Assembly (NCBI GenBank): GCA_903838995.1
Contig: CAIMAP010000056.1
Span: forward strand, 2,028-66,027
Direction of reading: 5' to 3'
DNA: 64,000 nucleotides
Source: an uncultured bacterium
GTDB taxonomy: Bacteria > Bacteroidota > Bacteroidia > Sphingobacteriales > Sphingobacteriaceae
The stretch's first letter is position 1; each line of letters opens with the position of its first letter. Below the pieces are notes generated by a model. It was not told where the DNA came from. It saw only the letters and a list, made by a program, of their open reading frames with translations, and ran no database searches. The position numbers were made by a program, and so were the translations under genes. Below, piece after piece: positions 32,004 through 41,226 of the stretch.

Positions 32004-32432
32004 ATGAATTTAAGAGGAATTGTTTCGGTAACTGGCAAGTCAGGGTTGTATCGTGTAATTGGTCAAAATAAAGCAGGCTTTATTTTAGAGACCATGGATG
32101 GTTTGAAAAATAAATTAATTACCAATGCAAGTACAAAGCTTGCAACTTTAGAGGATATTACTGTTTTTGGTGACCAAGAAGAGGATATTACTTTAATCAG
32201 TATTTTAGAGAAAATGAAAACTGCTGCTGCTACTAATACAGTGCCGGATCCAAAAGCAGACAATAAAATATTGCGTAATTATTTTACTAGCATTGTTCCT
32301 AACCATGATGTGGAAAGGGTTTACGCTTCAGATATTAAAAAAATTATTTCTTGGTATGTGTTTCTTGCAACCTTACCCTTGTTTGATGAGGCAGCTCCAG
32401 TAGCAAACGAAGCCGCCGAATCGGATGTATAA
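32004..32432 (+). CDS. Conserved hypothetical protein (DUF5606-like)
   Basis: 142 aa; the 'GIVSVTGKSGLYRVIGQNKAGFILE' N-terminus resembles the DUF5606 family as I recall it. Confidence 0.5.
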   Translation: MNLRGIVSVTGKSGLYRVIGQNKAGFILETMDGLKNKLITNASTKLATLEDITVFGDQEEDITLISILEKMKTAAATNTVPDPKADNKILRNYFTSIVPNHDVERVYASDIKKIISWYVFLATLPLFDEAAPVANEAAESDV

Positions 32433-32447
32433 TTTGTAACAGCATCA

Positions 32448-32480
32448 TAAAAAAACCCAAATGAACATTTGGGTTTTTTT
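32448..32480. terminator. Bidirectional terminator between convergent genes
   Basis: AAAAAAAACCCAAATG-AA-CATTTGGGTTTTTTT. Confidence 0.8.
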
Positions 32481-32491
32481 ATTTCCATATT

Positions 32492-32965
32492 TTAAGCATG
32501 ATGATAGGGCTCTCCTTTTAAAATGCTAAAGGCTCGATAGATTTGTTCTACAAAAAACAAGCGCACCATTTGATGAGAGAAAGTCATTTTAGAAAGTGAA
32601 ATTTCACCATTTGCTCTCGCTTTTATTTTTTGATCAAAACCATAAGGGCCGCCCACTACAAAGACAACCGAGCCAATCGATTGATTTTGCCAGTTGTTCA
32701 TTTGTTTGCTAAAATCTACCGAGCTAAATTGTTTTCCGGTTTCATCTAAGAGCATGACTAAATCGGTATTGGTAATTTTACTTAAGATCAATTCCGATTC
32801 TTTTTCTTTTTGTTGTTCTTCGCTTAAGCTTTTAGTGTTTTTTAATTCAGGAATTTCAATTAATTGAAACTTACAATAATGTATTAATCGTTTGGCATAT
32901 TTTTCTACGCCTTCAATTAAATAAGCATCATTTGTTTTACCGACAACTAAAAGGGTAATTTTCAT
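32492..32965 (-). CDS. rlmH: 23S rRNA (pseudouridine1915-N3)-methyltransferase
   Basis: 157 aa SPOUT protein; 'VVFVVGGPYGF', 'LSLSKMTFSHQMVRL' and 'EQIYRAFSILKGEPYH'. Confidence 0.92.
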   Translation of the reverse strand: MKITLLVVGKTNDAYLIEGVEKYAKRLIHYCKFQLIEIPELKNTKSLSEEQQKEKESELILSKITNTDLVMLLDETGKQFSSVDFSKQMNNWQNQSIGSVVFVVGGPYGFDQKIKARANGEISLSKMTFSHQMVRLFFVEQIYRAFSILKGEPYHHA

Positions 32966-32981
32966 CCGTGTAATTTTTGGG

Positions 32982-33010
32982 CAAAAAAAAAGGGCTGAAC
33001 CCTTTTTTTT
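32982..33010 (-). terminator. Terminator-like A/T-flanked hairpin downstream of aconitase
   Basis: AAAAAAAAAGGG-CTGAA-CCCTTTTTTTT. The GC core is short, so the hairpin is weak. Confidence 0.45.
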
Positions 33011-33013
33011 AAA

Positions 33014-35275
33014 TTAGTTAACGCTTGCGCGTATAATGTTTAATGCACCTCCAGCCTTAAACCACTCAATTTGTTGTTGGTTATAAGTATGGTTAACCAT
33101 AATTGTTTCGTTGCTTCCATCTGCATGGTTTAAACAAATGCTCAGTTGTTTGCCTGGCGCAAATTCGTTTAATCCATTAATGTCAATGCTATCATCTTCT
33201 AAAATTTTATCGTAATCGGCATTGTTTGCAAAAGTTAAGGCAAGCATACCTTGTTTCTTTAAATTTGTTTCGTGAATTCTAGCAAATGATTTTACCAAAA
33301 TTGCACGAACACCTAAATGACGAGGTTCCATAGCTGCGTGTTCTCTAGAAGAACCTTCTCCATAATTCTCATCACCAACTACAATCGATCCAATACCAGC
33401 TGCTTTGTATGTACGCTGTGTTGCAGGAACTGCGCCATATTCGCCGGTTAATTGATTTTTTACCGTATCTGCTTTATCGTTGAAATAGTTAATGGCACCA
33501 ATCAACATATTATTCGAAATATTATCTAAGTGTCCGCGGAATTTTAACCATGGACCAGCCATAGAAATATGATCGGTAGTACATTTCCCTTTGGCTTTAA
33601 TTAATAATTTTAAGCCTTTGATATCTTGTTTTTCCCAAGCTGCAAATGGTGCAAGCAATTGTAATCTGCTAGAGTTTTCTGCTACCAGCACGGTTACTTT
33701 ACTTCCATCTGCTGCGGGCGCTTGGTATCCTGCGTCTTCCACTGCAAAGCCTTTGATGGGTAATTCAATTCCTTTAGGCTCATCTAATTTAACTTGTTCG
33801 CCTTTTGAATTAATTAGCGTGTCTGTTAAAGGATTAAAAGTTAAATCACCTGCAATCGCTAAAGCGGTTACTATTTCTGGTGAGGCAACAAAAGCAAAAG
33901 TATTCGGATTACCGTCTGCGCGTTTGGCAAAATTTCTATTGAACGAAGTGATGATTGAATTTTTTTCTTGTTTTTCTGCGCCATGTCTAGCCCATTGTCC
34001 AATGCATGGTCCGCAAGCATTGGCAAGTACCACACCACCCATAGCAGCAAAAGTGGCTAAATAGCCATCTCTGTCTACCGTATAGCGTACTTGCTCGGAG
34101 CCAGGAGTAATAGTATATTCTGATTTTGCTTGCAAGTGTTTATCCACTGCTTGTTGTGCAATAGATGCTGCCCTTGAAATATCTTCGTAAGAAGAATTGG
34201 TACAAGAACCAATTAATCCAACTTCTAATTTTGCTGGCCAATTATTTTCTTTTACTGCTGCAGCAAATTTAGAAATGGGCCAAGCTAAATCTGGCGTAAA
34301 TGGTCCGTTAATTTGTGGCTCTAATGTTGACAAATCAATTTCAATTAATTCGTCAAAATAATTTTCAGGATTGGCATATACTTCTGCATCACCTGTTAAA
34401 TGATGAGCTACTTTATCTGCTAGGTCAGCTATGTCAGCACGATCGGTGCCTCTTAAATAAGCAGCCATTTTTTCGTCGTATCCAAAAATTGAAGTGGTAG
34501 CACCAATCTCTGCACCCATATTACAAATGGTTCCTTTTCCTGTACAAGATAATGATAGCGCACCTTCGCCAAAATATTCTACAATGGCACCTGTTCCACC
34601 TTTTACCGTTAAGATTCCAGCTACTTTTAAAATCACATCTTTTGCAGAAGTCCAACCAGATAATTTACCTGTTAATTTAATGCCGATTAATTTTGGAAAT
34701 TTTAATTCCCAAGGTAAGCCAGCCATTACATCACAAGCATCTGCACCACCAACACCAATGGCAATCATGCCTAAGCCACCAGCATTAACTGTGTGAGAGT
34801 CTGTACCAATCATCATACCTCCAGGGAATGCATAATTTTCTAAAACCACTTGGTGAATAATTCCGGCACCTGGTTTCCAAAAACCAATACCATATTTATT
34901 AGAAACAGAAGCTAAGAAATCATAAACTTCTTTGTTCTGAGAATTTGCTGTGGCTAAGTCGGCGTTTGCACCTTCTTTTGCTTGAATTAAATGGTCGCAA
35001 TGAGCAGTAGAAGGAACCGCTACTTTTGCTCTACCTGCTTGCATAAATTGCAATAAAGCCATTTGAGCAGTTGCATCCTGCATCGCCACTCTATCCGGAG
35101 CAAAATCTACGTAAGACTTACCTCTGCTATAGGCTTCTGTAGCACTTTCCCATAAATGGGCGTATAATATTTTTTCGGTTAAAGTGAGGGGTTTGTTAAC
35201 AATTTTGCGAGCAGCGTTCACTTTCGCGTCAAGGTTTGCATAAACCTTTTCAATCATTTCTATATCAAATGCCAT
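33014..35275 (-). CDS. acn: Aconitate hydratase
   Basis: 753 aa; 'GTDSHT', 'IGSCTNSS' and 'CGPCIGQW' Fe-S ligand motifs. Confidence 0.96.
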   Translation of the reverse strand: MAFDIEMIEKVYANLDAKVNAARKIVNKPLTLTEKILYAHLWESATEAYSRGKSYVDFAPDRVAMQDATAQMALLQFMQAGRAKVAVPSTAHCDHLIQAKEGANADLATANSQNKEVYDFLASVSNKYGIGFWKPGAGIIHQVVLENYAFPGGMMIGTDSHTVNAGGLGMIAIGVGGADACDVMAGLPWELKFPKLIGIKLTGKLSGWTSAKDVILKVAGILTVKGGTGAIVEYFGEGALSLSCTGKGTICNMGAEIGATTSIFGYDEKMAAYLRGTDRADIADLADKVAHHLTGDAEVYANPENYFDELIEIDLSTLEPQINGPFTPDLAWPISKFAAAVKENNWPAKLEVGLIGSCTNSSYEDISRAASIAQQAVDKHLQAKSEYTITPGSEQVRYTVDRDGYLATFAAMGGVVLANACGPCIGQWARHGAEKQEKNSIITSFNRNFAKRADGNPNTFAFVASPEIVTALAIAGDLTFNPLTDTLINSKGEQVKLDEPKGIELPIKGFAVEDAGYQAPAADGSKVTVLVAENSSRLQLLAPFAAWEKQDIKGLKLLIKAKGKCTTDHISMAGPWLKFRGHLDNISNNMLIGAINYFNDKADTVKNQLTGEYGAVPATQRTYKAAGIGSIVVGDENYGEGSSREHAAMEPRHLGVRAILVKSFARIHETNLKKQGMLALTFANNADYDKILEDDSIDINGLNEFAPGKQLSICLNHADGSNETIMVNHTYNQQQIEWFKAGGALNIIRASVN

Positions 35276-35342
35276 AATAATTTATTTTCTACCGCGAATT
35301 TAGGATAAATTATTATTTTTTTTCGATCAATTTTGCATTTGT

Positions 35343-35957
35343 TTATTTGATAATTTCGAATCGAAAACCTTGTTTTAATAGGGCTTCTATGGATCTTGGT
35401 AGTGATTCTTTGAGATTGGCGTATGCTTTCAGGCTATCGTGAAAAACGATAATAGCGCCATCGCTTGTATGCTTAAGCACATTCTGAAAGCATTTTTCGG
35501 GGCTGCTTTTTTGATCAAAATCGCCACTTAATACATCATACATCACAATTTTGAACTTTTCTTGGAGTAGTTTGATTTGACTTCTTTTAATTCTGCCATA
35601 AGGAGGGCGGAATAAGTTTGTTTTAAAATAAGATTCGCAGGCAAGCGTATTTTGCTGATAAACTTTTTTATCCGTTTTCCAGCCATTTAAATGGTTAAAT
35701 GTATGGTTTCCAATAGCATGCCCTGCTTTTACAATTTCTTCAAATACGCCAGGGTGTTTTTGAACATTATTGCCAATACAGAAAAAAGTTGCTTTAATTT
35801 GGTATTGCGCAAGCACTTTCAATACATAGGGTGTTACCTCTGGAATTGGTCCGTCATCGAAGGTTAAATATACCACCCCTTTTTGCGTAGGAATATCCCA
35901 AATTAGATTGGGATATAATGCTTTTAGTAATTTGGGTGTTTTGCTGAGGTACATCAA
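35343..35957 (-). CDS. Polysaccharide deacetylase (NodB homology) family protein
   Basis: 'LTFDDGP' and 'GNHTFNH'; 204 aa. Confidence 0.85.
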   Translation of the reverse strand: MMYLSKTPKLLKALYPNLIWDIPTQKGVVYLTFDDGPIPEVTPYVLKVLAQYQIKATFFCIGNNVQKHPGVFEEIVKAGHAIGNHTFNHLNGWKTDKKVYQQNTLACESYFKTNLFRPPYGRIKRSQIKLLQEKFKIVMYDVLSGDFDQKSSPEKCFQNVLKHTSDGAIIVFHDSLKAYANLKESLPRSIEALLKQGFRFEIIK

Positions 35958-36015
35958 GTAAAAAAAATGTTACGGTAATTTAGCAATTTATTAAGGATAT
36001 GGAGCTAAATTACTA

Positions 36016-36023
36016 TATTTTTG
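36016..36023 (+). promoter_or_regulatory. Candidate -7 box TAttTTTG for the tolC-adaptor pair
   Basis: TATATTTTTG occurs twice, 20 nt apart (36014-36023 and 36034-36043), upstream of the 36054 ATG. Confidence 0.35.
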
Positions 36024-36053
36024 CAGTTCAAATTATATTTTTGTTTCTGAAAT

Positions 36054-37382
36054 ATGAAAAAAAAGATTTTACTCTTATGGACTGCCTGTTTTGGATTTGG
36101 CTGTGCCCAGTTGCAAGCCCAAAGCCAAGCTTGGTCTTTAGAAAATTGCATTAGTTATGCCCTCGAAAATAATTTAACCATCAAGCAATATAAATTGAAT
36201 GTCGATTTGGCATCTATCGATTTGGATCAAAGCAAGAATGCGCTATTGCCATCTGTAAATGCAAGCGCATCTAATTCAAAAAATTATGGTTTGTCTGTTA
36301 ATCCAGTAACCAGTTCGTCGAGTTTCAGTAGCTACAATTCTTTCTCAACGGGCATCAATTCACAAGTCACTATTTTTGGTGCCGGACAAAAACTTTACAA
36401 TTACCAAGCGCAGACTTTCGATTTAGCGGCAGAGCGAGCGAGTTTAGCTAAAATCAAAAACGACATTACGCTAACAGTAATTAATTATTATTTAAATGTA
36501 TTGTACAATCAAGACCTAACGCTTGTTTCGCAAGAGCAATTAAAAATAAGTTTACAACAATTCGAAAGGGCGAATAAAAATTTTGAAGTAGGAAATAGCA
36601 CACAGGGAGATTTATTAGAAAGTAAAGCGCAATTAGCAAGAGACCAATTGAATTTAACCAATGCAGAAAATCAATTAGCGATTGCAAGGCTAAATTTATT
36701 GCAGTTATTAGATAGAGATCCTGCAGAAGTCATGTTGATTGAAAAGCCAGCAAATTTAATTCCTGCCTTAGATAAAAGCGAGCAGTATCAATTTACTGCG
36801 GTATATCAGGCTGCTGCAGAAAAACTGCCAGATGTTAAACTATACGATTTTAGATTTCAATCTGCGGCTAAAAGTGTGGCAATCAGTAAAGCGGTTTTAT
36901 TTCCTAGTTTAAGTTTTGGTGCAGGCCTTAATTCAAATTATGTTTCATTAGCACAAGAAAATTTTAAAGGTCAATTGCAAGATAACTTTGGGCAGTATTG
37001 GGGATTCAGTTTAAATGTGCCCATTTTCAATAGTAGAAATGCCAATGCTAATTTAAAAAGAGCGAAAATAAATTTAGCCAATGCCAATATCAATACGCAA
37101 ACAGCTAGGCTGAATTTAAGTAAATCTATAGCGCAAGCTTTAACAGATTTAAAAGCTGCTGAAAAAAAATATGAGTCAACGGCAAATAGTAATGTTGCCC
37201 TTAAAGAATCTTTTAAATATAATCAACAAAAATTCGAAGTTGGATTAATCAATGCAGTTGATTTTATCATATCAAAAAATAACTTAGCAAAGTCTGAAGC
37301 CGAACGCGTGCAAGCATTGTACGAGTTAATACTCAGACAAAAGCTTGTCGATTTTTATTTAGGAATTCCATTGTCATTTTAA
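36054..37382 (+). CDS. TolC-family outer-membrane efflux protein
   Basis: Signal peptide; two-repeat coiled-coil/beta architecture; 'LENCISYALENNLTIKQ' and 'ALYELILRQKLVDFYLG'. Confidence 0.88.
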   Translation: MKKKILLLWTACFGFGCAQLQAQSQAWSLENCISYALENNLTIKQYKLNVDLASIDLDQSKNALLPSVNASASNSKNYGLSVNPVTSSSSFSSYNSFSTGINSQVTIFGAGQKLYNYQAQTFDLAAERASLAKIKNDITLTVINYYLNVLYNQDLTLVSQEQLKISLQQFERANKNFEVGNSTQGDLLESKAQLARDQLNLTNAENQLAIARLNLLQLLDRDPAEVMLIEKPANLIPALDKSEQYQFTAVYQAAAEKLPDVKLYDFRFQSAAKSVAISKAVLFPSLSFGAGLNSNYVSLAQENFKGQLQDNFGQYWGFSLNVPIFNSRNANANLKRAKINLANANINTQTARLNLSKSIAQALTDLKAAEKKYESTANSNVALKESFKYNQQKFEVGLINAVDFIISKNNLAKSEAERVQALYELILRQKLVDFYLGIPLSF

Positions 37383-37392
37383 AACAAAAAAC

Positions 37393-38691
37393 ATGTTGAA
37401 CAAGAAAAATAATTTAATTAAATATTTAGTAATTGCAGTGGTAGTGTTAATTGCATTTGTAATTACTGGCAAAAAAATGGGATGGATTGGCGGTGTGGCT
37501 AATCAAAAAGTAGCAGTTGAAAAAGTTTCACTTAGAACAATTGTAGAAACTGTTTCTGCTAGTGGAAAAATTCAACCAGAAATAGAAGTGAAAATATCTT
37601 CAGATGTTTCTGGCGAAATTGTTTCTTTAATGGTTAAAGAGGGCCAAAAAGTTAAGCGTGGACAACTGCTTTGCAAAATTAGACCAGATATCTATGAATC
37701 TTATTTAGACAGGGCTTCGGCAGCTTTAAATACTTCAAAAGCGAATTTATCAAATGCAGAAGCACGATTTATTCAAACCGAACAAGCATACGAAAGAAAC
37801 TCAAAACTCATAAAAGATAAAATTATTTCTGAAGCAGATTTTGAAGTGATAAAAAGTAATTATTTATCGGCAAAAGCAGATGTGCAAGCAGCAAAGTTTA
37901 ATGTTAAAAGTGCAGAGGCATCTGTAAAAGAAGCAAAAGATAATTTATTTAAAACAACAGTGTTTTCTCCTGTAGATGGAACCGTTTCTAAATTAAATGT
38001 AGAATTAGGCGAGCGTGTATTAGGAACTTCTCAAATGACGGGTACCGAAATTATGCGCATTGCTAATTTAAATTCTATGGAAGTAAGTGTAGATGTGAAC
38101 GAAAACGATATCAATCGATTGTCTATTGGAGATACGGCAACAGTAGAAGTAGACGCTTTTCTTGATCAGCATTTTAAAGGAGTGGTTACTGAAATCGCAA
38201 ACTCTGCAAGTGTTGTAGGTGCTAGCGCAGACCAGGTTACTAATTTTCCGGTTAAGATTAGAATTTTGAGCGAGTCATATGCAAAATTAAATAGCAAAGA
38301 CAAAAATTTAGCATCACCATTAAGACCAGGATTATCTGCAACCGTAGAAATTCAAACAGAAAAAACAATTAATATTTTAACTGTCCCAATTCAATCTGTT
38401 ACGACAAGAGAAGATTCTGTAGACGATAAAAATATTGCTACTACAGCAGTTGTAGCAAGTACTTCGAGTATGAAAGAATTTGTTTTTGTAATAGAAAACA
38501 ATAAAGTAATTAAACTTCCAGTGAAGACCGGTATTCAAGACGATATGTATATTGAAATTAAAGAGGGTTTAAAAGAAGGACAGGAAGTGGTGGTTGCACC
38601 ATATTTAGCAATTTCTAAAATGTTAAAAGATGGAATGCAAATAGAAATAGTGACCAAAGAAGACTTATACACATCGGACGAGAAGAAGTAG
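37393..38691 (+). CDS. Efflux periplasmic adaptor (HlyD/MacA-like membrane fusion protein)
   Basis: N-terminal TM helix, lipoyl-like 'VSGEIVSLMVKEGQKVKRGQLL', coiled coil, and 'SPVDGTVSKLNVELGERV'. Confidence 0.88.
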   Translation: MLNKKNNLIKYLVIAVVVLIAFVITGKKMGWIGGVANQKVAVEKVSLRTIVETVSASGKIQPEIEVKISSDVSGEIVSLMVKEGQKVKRGQLLCKIRPDIYESYLDRASAALNTSKANLSNAEARFIQTEQAYERNSKLIKDKIISEADFEVIKSNYLSAKADVQAAKFNVKSAEASVKEAKDNLFKTTVFSPVDGTVSKLNVELGERVLGTSQMTGTEIMRIANLNSMEVSVDVNENDINRLSIGDTATVEVDAFLDQHFKGVVTEIANSASVVGASADQVTNFPVKIRILSESYAKLNSKDKNLASPLRPGLSATVEIQTEKTINILTVPIQSVTTREDSVDDKNIATTAVVASTSSMKEFVFVIENNKVIKLPVKTGIQDDMYIEIKEGLKEGQEVVVAPYLAISKMLKDGMQIEIVTKEDLYTSDEKK

Positions 38692-38746
38692 CTTAGTTTT
38701 TTGGCTTTGTATTTCAATTTTGGTATTTTCGTGCTTAAAGTAGACT

Positions 38747-39754
38747 ATGCAGCAAATTAATAAAGAAGCTAAGATTGCCGTAATTGGTGGTGGAAGTTGG
38801 GCTACAGCCTTAGTAAAGATTCTTTGCGATAACCAAGCAGATGTAACCTGGTGGATGAGAAATGAAGAGGCGGTTACACACATTCAAGCTTTTGGTAGAA
38901 ATCCTCATTATTTATCATCGGCAGAAATAAGCATTTCGAAAGAGCGAGTAAGAACAGATTTAAAGGCCACCATCGCTGCTTCAGATATAATAATTTTAGC
39001 AGTTCCAGCTGCTTTTTTACATACAAGTTTATCTTCATTAAGCCCAGCAGATTTTGCTGGAAAATTTATTTGTAGTGCAATAAAAGGGATTGTACCAGAA
39101 TTTAATTTAATCATCGGAGAATACTTTAATAATTATTTTAAATTACCATTAGCACAAGTCTTAGTTATAAGCGGGCCTTGTCATGCAGAGGAAGTGGCCT
39201 TAGAGAAATTGTCTTATTTAACAATTTCTTGTTTACAGCAGAATCATACGGATGCATTTGCAGCTATTTTAAATAATCGATATATCCGTACCGTTACCAG
39301 TGACGATATTTATGGAACAGAATACGGAGCAGTGCTTAAAAATATTTATGCAATCGCAGCAGGTATTTTTCATGGTTTAGGCTATGGCGATAATTTTCAA
39401 TCGGTATTAATTTCTAATGCCATTAGAGAAATGGAACGTTTTCTTGCAGCCGTTCATCCAATCAATAGAGATATCAAAGAATCGGCTTATTTAGGAGATT
39501 TATTAGTAACGGCCTATTCTCAATTTTCGAGAAACAGAACCTTTGGTAATATGGTGGGGAAGGGATATTCTGTAAAATCTGCCCAATTTGAAATGGGTAT
39601 GATCGCAGAGGGCTATTATGCTGTTAAATGTATTCACGAAATCAATCGACAATATAAAGTGGAGATGCCTATCTGTAGGGCCGTTTTTGCAGTTTTATAT
39701 GAAAATATTTCTCCATTAATAGAAATGAAATTGCTAACGGAGCAATTAAATTAA
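38747..39754 (+). CDS. gpsA: NAD(P)H-dependent glycerol-3-phosphate dehydrogenase
   Basis: 'IAVIGGGSWATAL' Rossmann motif and 'GPCHAEEVA'; 335 aa. Confidence 0.93.
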   Translation: MQQINKEAKIAVIGGGSWATALVKILCDNQADVTWWMRNEEAVTHIQAFGRNPHYLSSAEISISKERVRTDLKATIAASDIIILAVPAAFLHTSLSSLSPADFAGKFICSAIKGIVPEFNLIIGEYFNNYFKLPLAQVLVISGPCHAEEVALEKLSYLTISCLQQNHTDAFAAILNNRYIRTVTSDDIYGTEYGAVLKNIYAIAAGIFHGLGYGDNFQSVLISNAIREMERFLAAVHPINRDIKESAYLGDLLVTAYSQFSRNRTFGNMVGKGYSVKSAQFEMGMIAEGYYAVKCIHEINRQYKVEMPICRAVFAVLYENISPLIEMKLLTEQLN

Positions 39755-39861
39755 AAATATTTTCTCTTTTAGCTAAATTCCTAATTTACAATTAGTTAAA
39801 ATTCATTTTATTTTCAAAATGAACATCCTGTCAAATTTGCGTTAAGTCTGCGGCTTTCGGC

Positions 39862-39869
39862 TATTTTTG
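39862..39869 (+). promoter_or_regulatory. Candidate -7 box TAttTTTG for the 39.9-52.1 kb surface locus
   Basis: Matches TAnnTTTG 54 nt upstream of the 39924 ATG, in a 169-nt spacer. Confidence 0.35.
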
Positions 39870-39923
39870 CCTTGCAAAATGTATATTTATAGGTACATTT
39901 AAAATCTGATTTATAGGAATAAA

Positions 39924-41225
39924 ATGAAAAAAGATTTTTTGTTTAAAACACTTTATTTGACAGGGTTATTCCTTGTGTTCATGAATGTTCAATCATTCGC
40001 GCAAGACACCATTAGGGTGATGCAATATAATCTTCTTCGTTATGGCGAATCAAATCAGCCACCTAGTACAAAAAACCCTTTACTTTCGACCATCATCAAT
40101 TATGTCAAACCTGATATATTTGGTTGTAACGAAATTTCTGCTACTGCAGATTATGCGCAAAACATTTTAACTGGGGCCCTTAATATTAATGGGGAAACCA
40201 AATGGAAAAGAGCGAAACTTTCTAAGGCTGGTGCAGATGCATCTTTATCCAATACGCTATTTTATAATTCAAATAAGTTTGAACTTATTTCTCAAGATAC
40301 CGTTTCTAAAGTGCAAAGAGAAATTACGGCATTCAATTTATTTTATAAAGATTCTAATCTTGTTAAAACAAAAGATACTATTTTCTTTACGGTACTTGTT
40401 TTACATTTAAAGGCTAGTAATGGTTCTGCAGAAGCAGCGACCAGAGCGGCTGAAACCCAACAGGTATCTAGGTATATGAAGAAATTTACCAAGCCTAAAA
40501 ATGTTTTGATTATGGGAGATTATAATATTTATACCCATACCGAATTGGCCTATCAAAATTTAATTGCGGATACTAATTTAATGGGAAGATTTTATGATCC
40601 ACTAAATAAACCAGGTGCTTGGAATAACAATGGAAGTTTTTCTTCTATTCATACGCAGTCAACTCATAGTGCAACAGGTGGAAGCTTTTCTGGCGGTGGC
40701 ATGGATGATCGATTTGATATTATGTTAGCAACTAAATCGATAATTTCAGATTCTTTGAAAGTTCGCATCTTACCGAATACTTATATTCCTATTGGTAATG
40801 ATGGCATGCATTTTAATTTAGCCTTAACGGATTTACCAGCAAACACTTCGGTGCCTTCTGACGTTTTAGGATCCTTGTATAATATGTCGGATCATTTACC
40901 CATAAGGGCAGATTTTGTTTTTACGCCTTCAAAGCCTGCAGTACAAGGGCTTTCCTTACAGGCAGTTCAATTTTCGCAACAAATTCAAGTAGTCAACCCC
41001 GTAAAAAATAATTTTGAAATTCACTTTAGTGCAAACTTGTTGAATCAAATAATTAATTTAAAAATATATAATCAATCCGGGAATTTAATTGAAAGTCAAA
41101 AAATTGCAACTGCGAATTCTGATTTTCAAATCACACCTACAGCATCATTACCTGAAGGGATTTATTTATTGAGATTTGAAAACAAAGCAGGTTTGTCGGT
41201 CATTAAAAAAATAGCAAAGTATTAA
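39924..41225 (+). CDS. Secreted endonuclease/exonuclease/phosphatase (EEP) family hydrolase with a T9SS C-terminal sorting domain
   Basis: Signal peptide. EEP motifs are 'IRVMQYNL', 'FGCNE', 'IMGDYNI', 'DRFDIML' and 'SDHLPIRADF'. The CTD reads 'IKIYNQSGNLI...EGIYLLRFENKAGLSVIKKIAKY'. Confidence 0.85.
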   Translation: MKKDFLFKTLYLTGLFLVFMNVQSFAQDTIRVMQYNLLRYGESNQPPSTKNPLLSTIINYVKPDIFGCNEISATADYAQNILTGALNINGETKWKRAKLSKAGADASLSNTLFYNSNKFELISQDTVSKVQREITAFNLFYKDSNLVKTKDTIFFTVLVLHLKASNGSAEAATRAAETQQVSRYMKKFTKPKNVLIMGDYNIYTHTELAYQNLIADTNLMGRFYDPLNKPGAWNNNGSFSSIHTQSTHSATGGSFSGGGMDDRFDIMLATKSIISDSLKVRILPNTYIPIGNDGMHFNLALTDLPANTSVPSDVLGSLYNMSDHLPIRADFVFTPSKPAVQGLSLQAVQFSQQIQVVNPVKNNFEIHFSANLLNQIINLKIYNQSGNLIESQKIATANSDFQITPTASLPEGIYLLRFENKAGLSVIKKIAKY

Positions 41226-41226
41226 G

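Noticed and set aside
33591-34796. Plus-strand ORFs (157, 61 and 100 aa) inside the aconitase gene
   Set aside because: They are antisense shadow ORFs within a gene that has clear Fe-S motifs, and they have no independent signals.
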